Assembly: GCA_022821775.1 (NCBI GenBank)
Contig: JAJECY010000247.1
Location: 2,368-66,367 of the forward strand
From: Acidobacteriota bacterium
GTDB taxonomy: Bacteria; Acidobacteriota; Terriglobia; Versatilivoradales; Versatilivoraceae
Reading direction: 5' to 3'
DNA: 64,000 nucleotides
The notes below the pieces were generated by a model. That model was not told the origin of the DNA. It made no database searches and saw nothing but the letters and a program-made list of their open reading frames with translations. Both the position numbers and the translations under genes were made by a program. The first letter of the stretch is position 1. Every line of letters begins with the position of its first letter. This document shows positions 28,227 through 36,818 of this stretch, piece by piece.

Positions 28227-28703
28227 ATGCTCACCATGCTTCTGAACCCCGGCGAATTGACAAAACCACGACTACTGGAACACCCACGGGACAGCGAGGG
28301 GAATACCACTTGGCACCTGAATACGCAGCGACTGCCCGACAAGTCGAAGCGCCAGGCTGCCGAGCTGGCGTCTGAGATTGTCTCGGCACTCGGGGACCTT
28401 CGAGTCTTCTACTACAAGCCCCAGGACTGGCTACCTGCACTTAGGATCGAAGTTTCCGCTAGCGTTGCCTCAAATGCTCACCGCTTGGCGACGGTGGTAC
28501 ATGGCATCAAGCACCAGACGGCTACCCCATCGATGCTGGAGCCCTATCCGATCTACCTTGCCGATCGCACCGTAAAGGCACTCGCACGAGCGATTCCTGC
28601 TTTCAGGCAGGTGACGACTCAACGAATTTCGGAGCAGTACGAAGGGGACATCGGCGAGGTGTTCTTCGCAATGCACGGTTATCGCAGCGAGATCGGGAGA
28701 TGA
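28227..28703 (+). CDS. nurA: NurA-like nuclease, C-terminal part (same frame as 27525..28214)
   Basis: Contains the NurA C-terminal-type motif EPYPIYLADRTVKALARA. Same frame (frame 0) as the upstream fragment, separated by one TAA plus 4 codons. The stop overlaps the HerA start (ATGA at 28700-28703). Confidence 0.55.
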   Translation: MLTMLLNPGELTKPRLLEHPRDSEGNTTWHLNTQRLPDKSKRQAAELASEIVSALGDLRVFYYKPQDWLPALRIEVSASVASNAHRLATVVHGIKHQTATPSMLEPYPIYLADRTVKALARAIPAFRQVTTQRISEQYEGDIGEVFFAMHGYRSEIGR

Positions 28704-30487
28704 CAATGACTGACGATTCAGCAACGAATCTAGACAGGCTCATCGATCAGACTGAGCGGTTGGGTGTCGTCGGCTCACCTTCGTCTACTGCCCAGCTTGC
28801 ACTCGACATTCTCGGTTCCGCCGTCACCCGCAAGCTGGTCGGGGAACTCGCGCTCTTCCGCTTCTTGCAGGACACGAGTCCACACTATGCGCTCGGTCAG
28901 ATTACAGAAATTCAACTCCGCAATATCTGGCACGAAGACCCCACCATGCGCAGCCTTATCCGACAGCGCGGCCGGGTCGACGCCGTGAGTGAGCGTCAAG
29001 ATACCCACCTCGGCCAGATGATTATCAGCGCGGTCTTCCAAGAAGGAGGTTCAGCGGGCTACGAACCGAGCATCCTTGGAACCGTGCCGTCAACTGGAAC
29101 CCGAATCCATCTCGTGACGGATCCGGTGCTCGATGAACTGCTCCGTCCGTATCGGGAGCAGATCTTTTATCTTGGACACGTGTACGGCTCCAAGCCGAAG
29201 CTGCCGCTCTGGTTTAAACACTTCGACAAGGGACCGGACGGCGCCGGCGAAGCCTATCACCTCGGTATCTTCGGCAAGACTGGCTCGGGCAAGTCGGTTC
29301 TGGCCAAGATGATCCTTTTGGCCTATGCCCGATATACCAAGATGGCTCTCCTAGTGATTGATCCACAGGGAGAGTTTGCAAAAGATATGAAATCGAACGC
29401 ACCAAGCGGCGAGTTTCGACTTCCCTTAAAGGATCTCATCCGGTCTCAGGGCAAGAAAGCACACGTTCTAACTGTTCGAAAACTCGTTCTTGATCGATGG
29501 GACTTGTTCCGACAGATCCTCGCGGAGTCGAAGTTCTTTCGAGAACTTCAGGTAATGACTCAAGACAAAGTCGAAACTGCATGTGATCAGTTCACTGAAG
29601 CAATGCGAAAAACATCGGGAATCAAGCTTGCCACGCTGCATGAATCAGATGTTTTCAAGAAGGCATGGAAACTTCTTACACAGGATAAGCTTCGTAACAA
29701 GATTTATGCGCGGGAGGGAGCTGCCGCGGAACGTTTCAGAGATGCTGTAAACGAAGCTAATCCGGATGAAATTTATCAAGGCATCTGGTTGCCTGTAGCG
29801 CGGCTGTTTCAAGAGGACCGCGAAGCTGGACGCCGCAAAGTGGAGGATGCCCTCAGGTGGTTGCTGAAATTCAAAGAACATACCAATCGGCCCGTTCTTG
29901 TCGTCGATGTTTCCAAGGAGCAAGCACAAGGGCTACTTTGGAATGACACGATTCAGTCGCTGGTCATCAAACGTCTTCTGGAAGGTGTCACCCACATTGC
30001 TGAAGATATGTACCGGGAAGGAGAGAGTCTCAACGCCCTGGTCGTCATCGACGAAGCCCACCGCTTGGCCCCGGGGCCTCGTGATCTATCGCGGGACGAC
30101 GATGCGGCACGCGGCGTGCGCTCAGTGTTGATCGACGCGGCCCGGACGACGCGAAAGTATGGACTGGGCTGGCTCTTCATCAGCCAGACGCTCTCGAGCC
30201 TGCACCCGGAGATCCTCCAGCAGCTCCGTATCTTCTTCTTCGGCTTCGGACTTGGACTCGGACAAGAGTTCCAGTCGCTTCGGCAGCTTGTGGGCTCCTC
30301 TGGTACGGCACTCGACTTGTATCAATTGTTTCGCGATCCACACTCAGCTTTCGATCCCAGGAGCCGACAATACTCCTTCATGACCATTGGGCCGGTGAGT
30401 CCGTTATCATTTTCCGGAAGCCCGCTCTTTCTGAATGCTTTCAACACGGTAGACGCCTTCTTGAATGCGAACGAACTTGGCAGGTGA
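28700..30487 (+). CDS. herA: HerA-like / DUF87-type P-loop ATPase (FtsK-HerA superfamily translocase)
   Basis: Walker A GIFGKTGSGKS and Walker B ALVVIDEAHRLAP. Size about 595 aa. Immediately downstream of and translationally coupled to the NurA fragments. Lowest GC in the window. Confidence 0.8.
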   Translation: MTMTDDSATNLDRLIDQTERLGVVGSPSSTAQLALDILGSAVTRKLVGELALFRFLQDTSPHYALGQITEIQLRNIWHEDPTMRSLIRQRGRVDAVSERQDTHLGQMIISAVFQEGGSAGYEPSILGTVPSTGTRIHLVTDPVLDELLRPYREQIFYLGHVYGSKPKLPLWFKHFDKGPDGAGEAYHLGIFGKTGSGKSVLAKMILLAYARYTKMALLVIDPQGEFAKDMKSNAPSGEFRLPLKDLIRSQGKKAHVLTVRKLVLDRWDLFRQILAESKFFRELQVMTQDKVETACDQFTEAMRKTSGIKLATLHESDVFKKAWKLLTQDKLRNKIYAREGAAAERFRDAVNEANPDEIYQGIWLPVARLFQEDREAGRRKVEDALRWLLKFKEHTNRPVLVVDVSKEQAQGLLWNDTIQSLVIKRLLEGVTHIAEDMYREGESLNALVVIDEAHRLAPGPRDLSRDDDAARGVRSVLIDAARTTRKYGLGWLFISQTLSSLHPEILQQLRIFFFGFGLGLGQEFQSLRQLVGSSGTALDLYQLFRDPHSAFDPRSRQYSFMTIGPVSPLSFSGSPLFLNAFNTVDAFLNANELGR

Positions 30488-30615
30488 CAAAATGGGTGCA
30501 GTCGTTTGTTCCCAGGGACAAAGAAACCGGGGGGACGAGTATAGGACGTTGTTGAATAGCCGGAAAAACATCCTCGACTTCCGGTTTTGGAGGCACTTGG
30601 GTTTAGAGGCGACCA

Positions 30616-32352
30616 ATGACCTATAGCGAAGCAGAAATCAGGGTTCAACTCAGCCTCGGCGAGGACAGCCGTTGGGAATTCAAGCAAGTCGAATTCGCCG
30701 GCAACTACCCAAGGAATCCGAGGCGGGACGATTTGGCGGATGAGATCGCAGCCTTCGCCAATGCGGATGGCGGTATGCTGCTCTGCGGCGTCACAGACGC
30801 AGGCGAGGTGCAGGGCATGTCTCGTGAGCAGATTGTCGAATTGGATTCTGTTCTGGTCGAGGTGAGTTCTGACGCCATCAAACCAGCCGTTCGCATCCGC
30901 ACCCATCACAGGCACCTCGATGGCAAGCGGTTGCTACTGGTTGAAGTGCCGGCCGGCGAATCGCTGTACGAAAGCCCAGGGGGAAGCTATGTTCGGGTGG
31001 GTGGCACAAAGCGAAAGATGAACAGCGACGAGCAGCTTCGCTTGGCCCAACGAAGAGGACAGGCGCGTTTCCGCTCGTTCGACGAGCAACCCCTCCCAAG
31101 TACCGGATTCAGAACTCTGGACGAATCGCTCTGGAAGCCGCTGTTAACGGCCGAAGGTGCGGTACATCCCGAGTCGGCGCTCGGGAAGCTGGCGCTCCTG
31201 GCGCCCGACCAGGCGGGAATTCCGCGCTCGACGGTAGCCGGCGTGTTGTTGTGCACCCGAAATCCCGAGCAGCACCTCCCCAACGCGTGTATCACGGCGA
31301 CCCGATACCGGGGAAAGGATCGAGCTTCCGGCCAGATCGATGCACAGGAGATCACCGGCCCGCTAGACCGCCAGATCGCCTCCGCAGTGGCCTTCGCCAT
31401 AAGGAACATGCACGTTGCTGCACGCAAGGAGCCGGCCCGCGTGGACCTGCCCCAGTACAGCGACAAGGCACTGTTCGAGGCCATCGTCAATGCCGTGGCG
31501 CATCGCGACTATTCGATGCATGCCAGCAAGATTCGCCTCTCCATGTTCGAAGACCGCCTGGAAATTCAGTCGCCTGGCTCGCTGCCAAACAACTTGACCG
31601 TCGACAGCATGGCAACGCGGCAAGCAACTCGCAACCAGGCCTTGACCTCGGTGCTGGGACGAATGCACGTCGGGGGCGTCCAAGGCTCGGAGGACAGGCA
31701 GTATTTCATGGAGCGGCGCGGAGACGGAGTTCCCATTATCCTGCGCGAAACCAAGCAACTCAGCGGCAAACTGCCGGAATATCGCCTGATCGATGCTTCG
31801 GAAGTCTGCCTGATCATCCCTGCGGCAGTGCAGGAGCGGAGCCCTGCCCGGACTGTCATCACCGTGCGGTCCGGCGGCCAACCCTTGCCTGGCGCCGACC
31901 TGTTGGCTCTTTTTTCGAACAATACCTGGAAGCGCGCGACCACGGACGAGTCCGGGGAGGCGGCCGTCGACCTGCACACGACGCATCTCCCCATGAGGGT
32001 GTTCGCTGCCGCTCCCGGCTACGCTGCACACCTGGAACGTGATTGGGTCCCCAGCAGTCGAGCGCTCACGATAGAAGTCAAGGAACTGCAGGACGGTGGC
32101 AGTGTCATCTTTCCCGAGGCGACGGGATGCCTTCCAGGCCTCAAGGGCAGGCTCAATCCCATACGCGACACCCATGACCGAACCTATCTCTACGCGTCCA
32201 ACGTTGCCATCAACGAGGGCGAGCAGCAACCGGTCTACTTCATCCCCGGTGAAGACCTGCGGTTAACCGATGCCGACGGAACCGCGCTGCTCGTGCGCAT
32301 TGTCGATATCGCAGGCCGCTCGACTCTTTTGGAATATCGTCCATACTCCTGA
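30616..32352 (+). CDS. AlbA_2 (Schlafen-like DNA-binding) + HATPase_c_4 domain protein with extra C-terminal domain
   Basis: N-terminus: RWEFKQVEF...ADEIAAFANADGGMLLCGVTDAGEVQGM (AlbA_2-type). Middle: ALFEAIVNAVAHRDYSMHASKIRLSMFEDRLEIQSPGSLP (HATPase_c_4-type). About 200 aa of unassigned, more GC-rich C-terminal sequence. Confidence 0.75.
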   Translation: MTYSEAEIRVQLSLGEDSRWEFKQVEFAGNYPRNPRRDDLADEIAAFANADGGMLLCGVTDAGEVQGMSREQIVELDSVLVEVSSDAIKPAVRIRTHHRHLDGKRLLLVEVPAGESLYESPGGSYVRVGGTKRKMNSDEQLRLAQRRGQARFRSFDEQPLPSTGFRTLDESLWKPLLTAEGAVHPESALGKLALLAPDQAGIPRSTVAGVLLCTRNPEQHLPNACITATRYRGKDRASGQIDAQEITGPLDRQIASAVAFAIRNMHVAARKEPARVDLPQYSDKALFEAIVNAVAHRDYSMHASKIRLSMFEDRLEIQSPGSLPNNLTVDSMATRQATRNQALTSVLGRMHVGGVQGSEDRQYFMERRGDGVPIILRETKQLSGKLPEYRLIDASEVCLIIPAAVQERSPARTVITVRSGGQPLPGADLLALFSNNTWKRATTDESGEAAVDLHTTHLPMRVFAAAPGYAAHLERDWVPSSRALTIEVKELQDGGSVIFPEATGCLPGLKGRLNPIRDTHDRTYLYASNVAINEGEQQPVYFIPGEDLRLTDADGTALLVRIVDIAGRSTLLEYRPYS

Positions 32353-33476
32353 TGTCACGATTGGAAAACATCCTGAAGCAGAAGGTGAGGGAGGGCGAGC
32401 TCTGGGAGCGGCTGGATGAGAAACGCATCCGCTGCACCGCCTGCGGGCACTGTTGTCCCATTCCCGAGGGCCGCCCGGGCGTCTGCCGGGTTCGCTTCAA
32501 CCGGGGCGGCAAGTTGATGGTTCCCTGGGGCTACACCGGAGGGGTGCAGTGCGACCCCATCGAAAAGAAGCCCTTCTTTCATGCCTACCCCGGAGCGCTG
32601 GCCTACAGCTTCGGCATGCTGGGCTGCGACCTGCACTGCGCCTACTGTCAGAACTGGGTGACCTCCCAGGCCTTGCGAGACCCGGCGGCAGTGGCGCCCG
32701 CTCGCAGGACCACCCCCCAGGCCTTGGCCCGGGCGGCGGTGAGGCAGCGGGCGCGGGTGATCGTGAGCACCTACAACGAGCCGCTGATCACCAGCGAGTG
32801 GGCGGTGGCGGTGTTCCGGGAGGCCCGCAAGGAGGGCCTGGTCACCGGGTTCGTCTCCAACGGCAACGGCACTCCGGAGGTGCTGGAATACCTCAACCCC
32901 TGGGTGGACCTCTACAAGGTGGATCTGAAGAGTTTCCGCGATCGCCAGTACCGCAGATTGGGGGGACGGCTGCAGCCGATCCTGGAGACCATTCGCAGCC
33001 TGTTCCGACAAGGGTTCTGGCTCGAGATCGTGACGCTGCTGATTCCGGGATTCAACGATTCAGAAGATGAAGTCCGGCGGCTGGCGGCCTTCCTGGCGGG
33101 CGTGTCTCCCGACATTCCCTGGCACGTGACCGCCTTTCACCAGGACTACAAGATGACCGATCCCGACAATACCAGCGCCGAGATGCTGACGGCGGCGGCC
33201 GAGATCGGCCGGCAGGAGGGATTGCGCTACGTCTATGCCGGCAACCGGCCGGGCCGGGTGGGGGACCTGGAGAACACCCGCTGCCCGGATTGCCAAGCCC
33301 TGCTGATCGAGCGCTTCGGCTACCTGATTATGGGGTACCACCTGACTCCCCAGGGGGACTGTCCAAGCTGCGGTCTGGCCATTCCCGGGCGCTGGGCCCA
33401 ATCCTTCCAGGGCCAGGTGGCCGCCCATCCCTTCCTGCCCCGACAGGGGATCAACCCGCCAACGGTTTCTTCCTGA
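32352..33476 (+). CDS. AmmeMemoRadiSam-system-type radical SAM enzyme (AmrS-like)
   Basis: N-terminal Cys cluster CTACGHCCPIPEGRPGVCRVR, then a radical-SAM CDLHCAYCQNW (CxxxCxxC) motif. Collinear with AmrS-type proteins. Confidence 0.82.
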   Translation: MSRLENILKQKVREGELWERLDEKRIRCTACGHCCPIPEGRPGVCRVRFNRGGKLMVPWGYTGGVQCDPIEKKPFFHAYPGALAYSFGMLGCDLHCAYCQNWVTSQALRDPAAVAPARRTTPQALARAAVRQRARVIVSTYNEPLITSEWAVAVFREARKEGLVTGFVSNGNGTPEVLEYLNPWVDLYKVDLKSFRDRQYRRLGGRLQPILETIRSLFRQGFWLEIVTLLIPGFNDSEDEVRRLAAFLAGVSPDIPWHVTAFHQDYKMTDPDNTSAEMLTAAAEIGRQEGLRYVYAGNRPGRVGDLENTRCPDCQALLIERFGYLIMGYHLTPQGDCPSCGLAIPGRWAQSFQGQVAAHPFLPRQGINPPTVSS

Positions 33477-33498
33477 AGCCTCCTTCCGACCCGGATTG

Positions 33499-36400
33499 CT
33501 ACTCGAGTTCCAGAGGAACAAATCCCGCCTCGCGGGCCAGTTGGTTGAAGGAGGCCGCCTCGCCTTGGCACAGCTCCCGCAGCCGGGCGATCTCAACGTC
33601 GATCTGGGCGCAGATCTCATCGAAGACCTCGTAGGCCTGCCTGGGCGGGGCGGCGTCGGCAATGCCGACCACGGCCACCAGGCCCCCCAGCTTGGCGTTC
33701 AGGCGGTTGGGGTGGCGCAGCCGGTCGAAGGGGGTCTTGTCCTTGGTCTGGATCAAGGCTTTTTCGATGGAATCCAGTTGATCCCTCAGGGACTTGGCCT
33801 TATCGGAGAGGGGACTCGACCCTTCCGGGTCGCCCTGGCCCGGCTTCTCGGCGCGGCGGGACCACTCGGCCAGTTGCTCTTGCAGGCAGCGGGTGAGGTT
33901 GATGGCCCGGTTGGTCTCCGAAAGCTTGTCCCGAATTCTGGTCCACAACTCGAACTGCGCCTGAAAGTCCTCCGGCGTGGCCTCCACCCGGGGGTCCTTG
34001 AGGATCTCGAAGCTCTCGGTGCATGTCCGACCGCCCGCGCTCAGACGGACCCCGTAGGCCCCGGGAGGGGCCAACGGACCGTTCCCGCTCTTCTCCCGAG
34101 TGCCGAAGAGGGTGGATTGGTCCTTGTCCCGTTCCTCCACTTTCTCGGCGTCGGGGTAGTGCATGTCCCAGACGAAGCGATTCAGCCCGGGACGAGCCGT
34201 GACGTAACGGTCCGCCTTGGGGGAGGCTTCCGCGCCCTCGGCTTCTTCCGGCTCCTGCGGCCTGCTGGTGAAGGTCTTGATCTCCCGGCCGCCGGCGTCC
34301 AGAAAGGTCAACGAGATGGGCTGGCCGGGCGCCTCGGCCAGCAGGTAGTAGACGATGACTCCCGGGGGCGGGTTCTGGCCGGCGTCCAGAAAGCGGCGCA
34401 CGGGTTCGCCCTCGGGGGTCTCATCCTGGTAGTAGCAGGCGTTGCCCCCCAGGCCCAACATGTAGTTCTTGCCCTTGTCGGCAAACATGTTGACGCTCCA
34501 GTTCAGCCGGGTGCGGTAGGTGGGACGGGGAGGGAACAGGCCGGCGGCGGCCCCGGCGGACTCGGGGTCCAACCGGCGCAAGGGGGTCAGGTCGTCCAGG
34601 ATCCAGAAGGAACGCCCGTGGGTGCCGGCCACCAGGTCGGAGTCCTTGATCTTGAGGTCGTAGACCGGCACCACCGGGAGATTGCTCCGCAGCGGCTGCC
34701 AGTGTTCACCGTCGTCGAAGGTGACGAAGACCCCCGTCTCGGTGCCGACGAAGAGCAGGCCCGGACGGACCGGGTCGGCTCTCACCACCCGGGTGATCTG
34801 GTCCTGGGGAAAGTCTCCGGCGATGCCGCGCCAGCTCCGGCCGTAGTCCTCGGTCTTGTAGAGGTAGGGGCGGTAGTCGTCCAGCTTGTAGCGGGTGGCG
34901 GAGACATAGGCCGTGGCCGGGTCGTGGGGGGACACCTCCAGGCAACCCACGTAGGACCACTCCGGCAGTTCGGGCGGAGTGATGTTGTCCCAGTGGGCGC
35001 CGCCGTCTCGGGAGAGATGGACCAGACCGTCGTCGGTGCCCGCCCAGAAAACGCCGGGCCGGTGCTTCGATTCCACGAAGGTGGAGAGGGTGGCGTACCC
35101 TTCGGCGCCGCTGGCGTCCTTGGTGACGGGCCCGCCGGAAGCCTCCAGCTTTCCCGGGTCGTTGCGGGAGAGGTCCGGACTGATGGCTTCCCAACTGCCG
35201 CCGCCGTCCAGGCTGCGGAAGAGGATGTTTCCGCCGGCGTAGAGCACCTTGGGGTCGTGGGGCGAAATGGCGATGGGATAGGTCCAGGCGAAGCGGTATT
35301 TGAGGTCCTTGGGCGCCCAGCCCGTCGACTCCTCGGGCCAGACGTTGACCAGGCGGATCTGCCCGGTCTTGCGATCGTAACGCTGCAACACGCCGTTGCC
35401 CCCCGGCGAGCTCCCTATCGCTCCTAGGTAGACGACGTCCGGGTTGTCGGGCTGGACGGCGATGAATCCGCTCTCTCCCGTGCCGGGGGAGTAGCAGTGA
35501 CTCCAGGCGATGGCGCCGTACTCGGTGGCGCTGGGAACGCAAATGGAGGCGTTGTCCTGCTGGGTGGCGTAGACCCGGTAGGGGTATTGGTTGTCGATAT
35601 CGATTCGGTAGAGCTGCGAGGTGAGCTGGTTGTAGATGGTCGACCAGCTCCGTCCGCCGTTGAAGGAGATGCAGGCGCCGCCGTCGTTCCCCTGAACCAG
35701 GTGGCGGGGGTCGCGCGGGTCGATCCACAGGTCGTGGTTGTCTCCATGGGGGGTGGTCACCTGCTCGAAGCGGCGGCCGCCGTCGGTGGACTTCCACATC
35801 TTGAGGTTGGTGACGTAGACGGTGTCGGCGTGGCAGGGGTCGGCGAAGACGTGGCAGTAGTACCAGGGCCGGTGGATCAGGTCGCGGTTGTCGCTGACCC
35901 GCTGCCACTGCTGTCCGCCGTCATCCGACCGGTAGAGGCCCTCCTGCTCCGACTCCACGATGGCCCAGACCCGGTCCGCCTGGGCCGGCGAGACGGCCAC
36001 GCCGATCTTGCCCTTGATTCCCTTGGGCAACCCCTCGTTGTTGCTGATCTCGGTCCAGGTGTCGCCGCCGTCGGTGGACTTGAAGAGGCCGCTGTCGGGT
36101 CCCCCGCTGGAGAGGGACCAGAAATTACGGTAGGTCTCCCAGATGGAAGCGTAGAGCAGGCGGGGGTTGTTGGGATCCATGGCCAGATCCACCGCACCGG
36201 CCTTGGGGCTGCGGTAGAGCACCTTCTCCCAGTTGCGGCCGCCGTCCCTGGAGCGGTAGACGCCCCGCTCCGGGTTGGAGCCGAAGGCGTGGCCCAGGGC
36301 CGCCACGTAGACCAGGTCGGGATCGTTGGGATGGACGCGGATCTCGCCGATATGGCGGGTCTCCTCCAGTCCCAGGTGGGTCCAGGTCTTGCCGGCGTCG

Positions 36401-36723
36401 GTGGACTTGTAGACTCCGTCGCCATAGGAAACGTCCAGACGAATGGTGGTTTCTCCGGTGCCGGCGTAGATGACGTTGGGATCCGAGGGAGCCACCGCCA
36501 GGGCGCCGATGGAGGACGTGTTCAGGAATCCGTCGGAGACGTTTTCCCAGTAGGTGCCCCCGTCGGTGGTCTTCCACACGCCACCGGCCACGGCTCCGAA
36601 ATAGGCGGTCATGGGGTCCACCGGGTCGCCCGCCACGGCCACCACCCGGCCGCCGCGCGGAGGGCCGATGCAGCGCCACTGGAGGTCCTGAAAGAAGCTG
36701 GGATGGTAGGGGGGGGTGCTCAT
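33499..36723 (-). CDS. BNR/Asp-box repeat (sortilin/VPS10-like) glycosyl-hydrolase-like protein
   Basis: The track ORF 33499..37989 is trimmed to ATG 36723 (MSTPPYHPSFF...), because the 5' extension overlaps the upstream TonB-dependent receptor and is Arg/Pro-rich junk. Many BNR motifs (WKTTDGGTYW, YKSTDAGKTW, YRSRDGGRNW, FKSTDGGDTW, YRSDDGGQQW...). Confidence 0.78.
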   Translation of the reverse strand: MSTPPYHPSFFQDLQWRCIGPPRGGRVVAVAGDPVDPMTAYFGAVAGGVWKTTDGGTYWENVSDGFLNTSSIGALAVAPSDPNVIYAGTGETTIRLDVSYGDGVYKSTDAGKTWTHLGLEETRHIGEIRVHPNDPDLVYVAALGHAFGSNPERGVYRSRDGGRNWEKVLYRSPKAGAVDLAMDPNNPRLLYASIWETYRNFWSLSSGGPDSGLFKSTDGGDTWTEISNNEGLPKGIKGKIGVAVSPAQADRVWAIVESEQEGLYRSDDGGQQWQRVSDNRDLIHRPWYYCHVFADPCHADTVYVTNLKMWKSTDGGRRFEQVTTPHGDNHDLWIDPRDPRHLVQGNDGGACISFNGGRSWSTIYNQLTSQLYRIDIDNQYPYRVYATQQDNASICVPSATEYGAIAWSHCYSPGTGESGFIAVQPDNPDVVYLGAIGSSPGGNGVLQRYDRKTGQIRLVNVWPEESTGWAPKDLKYRFAWTYPIAISPHDPKVLYAGGNILFRSLDGGGSWEAISPDLSRNDPGKLEASGGPVTKDASGAEGYATLSTFVESKHRPGVFWAGTDDGLVHLSRDGGAHWDNITPPELPEWSYVGCLEVSPHDPATAYVSATRYKLDDYRPYLYKTEDYGRSWRGIAGDFPQDQITRVVRADPVRPGLLFVGTETGVFVTFDDGEHWQPLRSNLPVVPVYDLKIKDSDLVAGTHGRSFWILDDLTPLRRLDPESAGAAAGLFPPRPTYRTRLNWSVNMFADKGKNYMLGLGGNACYYQDETPEGEPVRRFLDAGQNPPPGVIVYYLLAEAPGQPISLTFLDAGGREIKTFTSRPQEPEEAEGAEASPKADRYVTARPGLNRFVWDMHYPDAEKVEERDKDQSTLFGTREKSGNGPLAPPGAYGVRLSAGGRTCTESFEILKDPRVEATPEDFQAQFELWTRIRDKLSETNRAINLTRCLQEQLAEWSRRAEKPGQGDPEGSSPLSDKAKSLRDQLDSIEKALIQTKDKTPFDRLRHPNRLNAKLGGLVAVVGIADAAPPRQAYEVFDEICAQIDVEIARLRELCQGEAASFNQLAREAGFVPLELE

Positions 36724-36818
36724 GAGCGGGGCTCCCTTCTGACGAGGGGCGACCCGCATGCCCGCGGGACCGCCGGATGTATGACGGGAGCCATTATATA
36801 TCCGCTGCCGCGTCAGTG

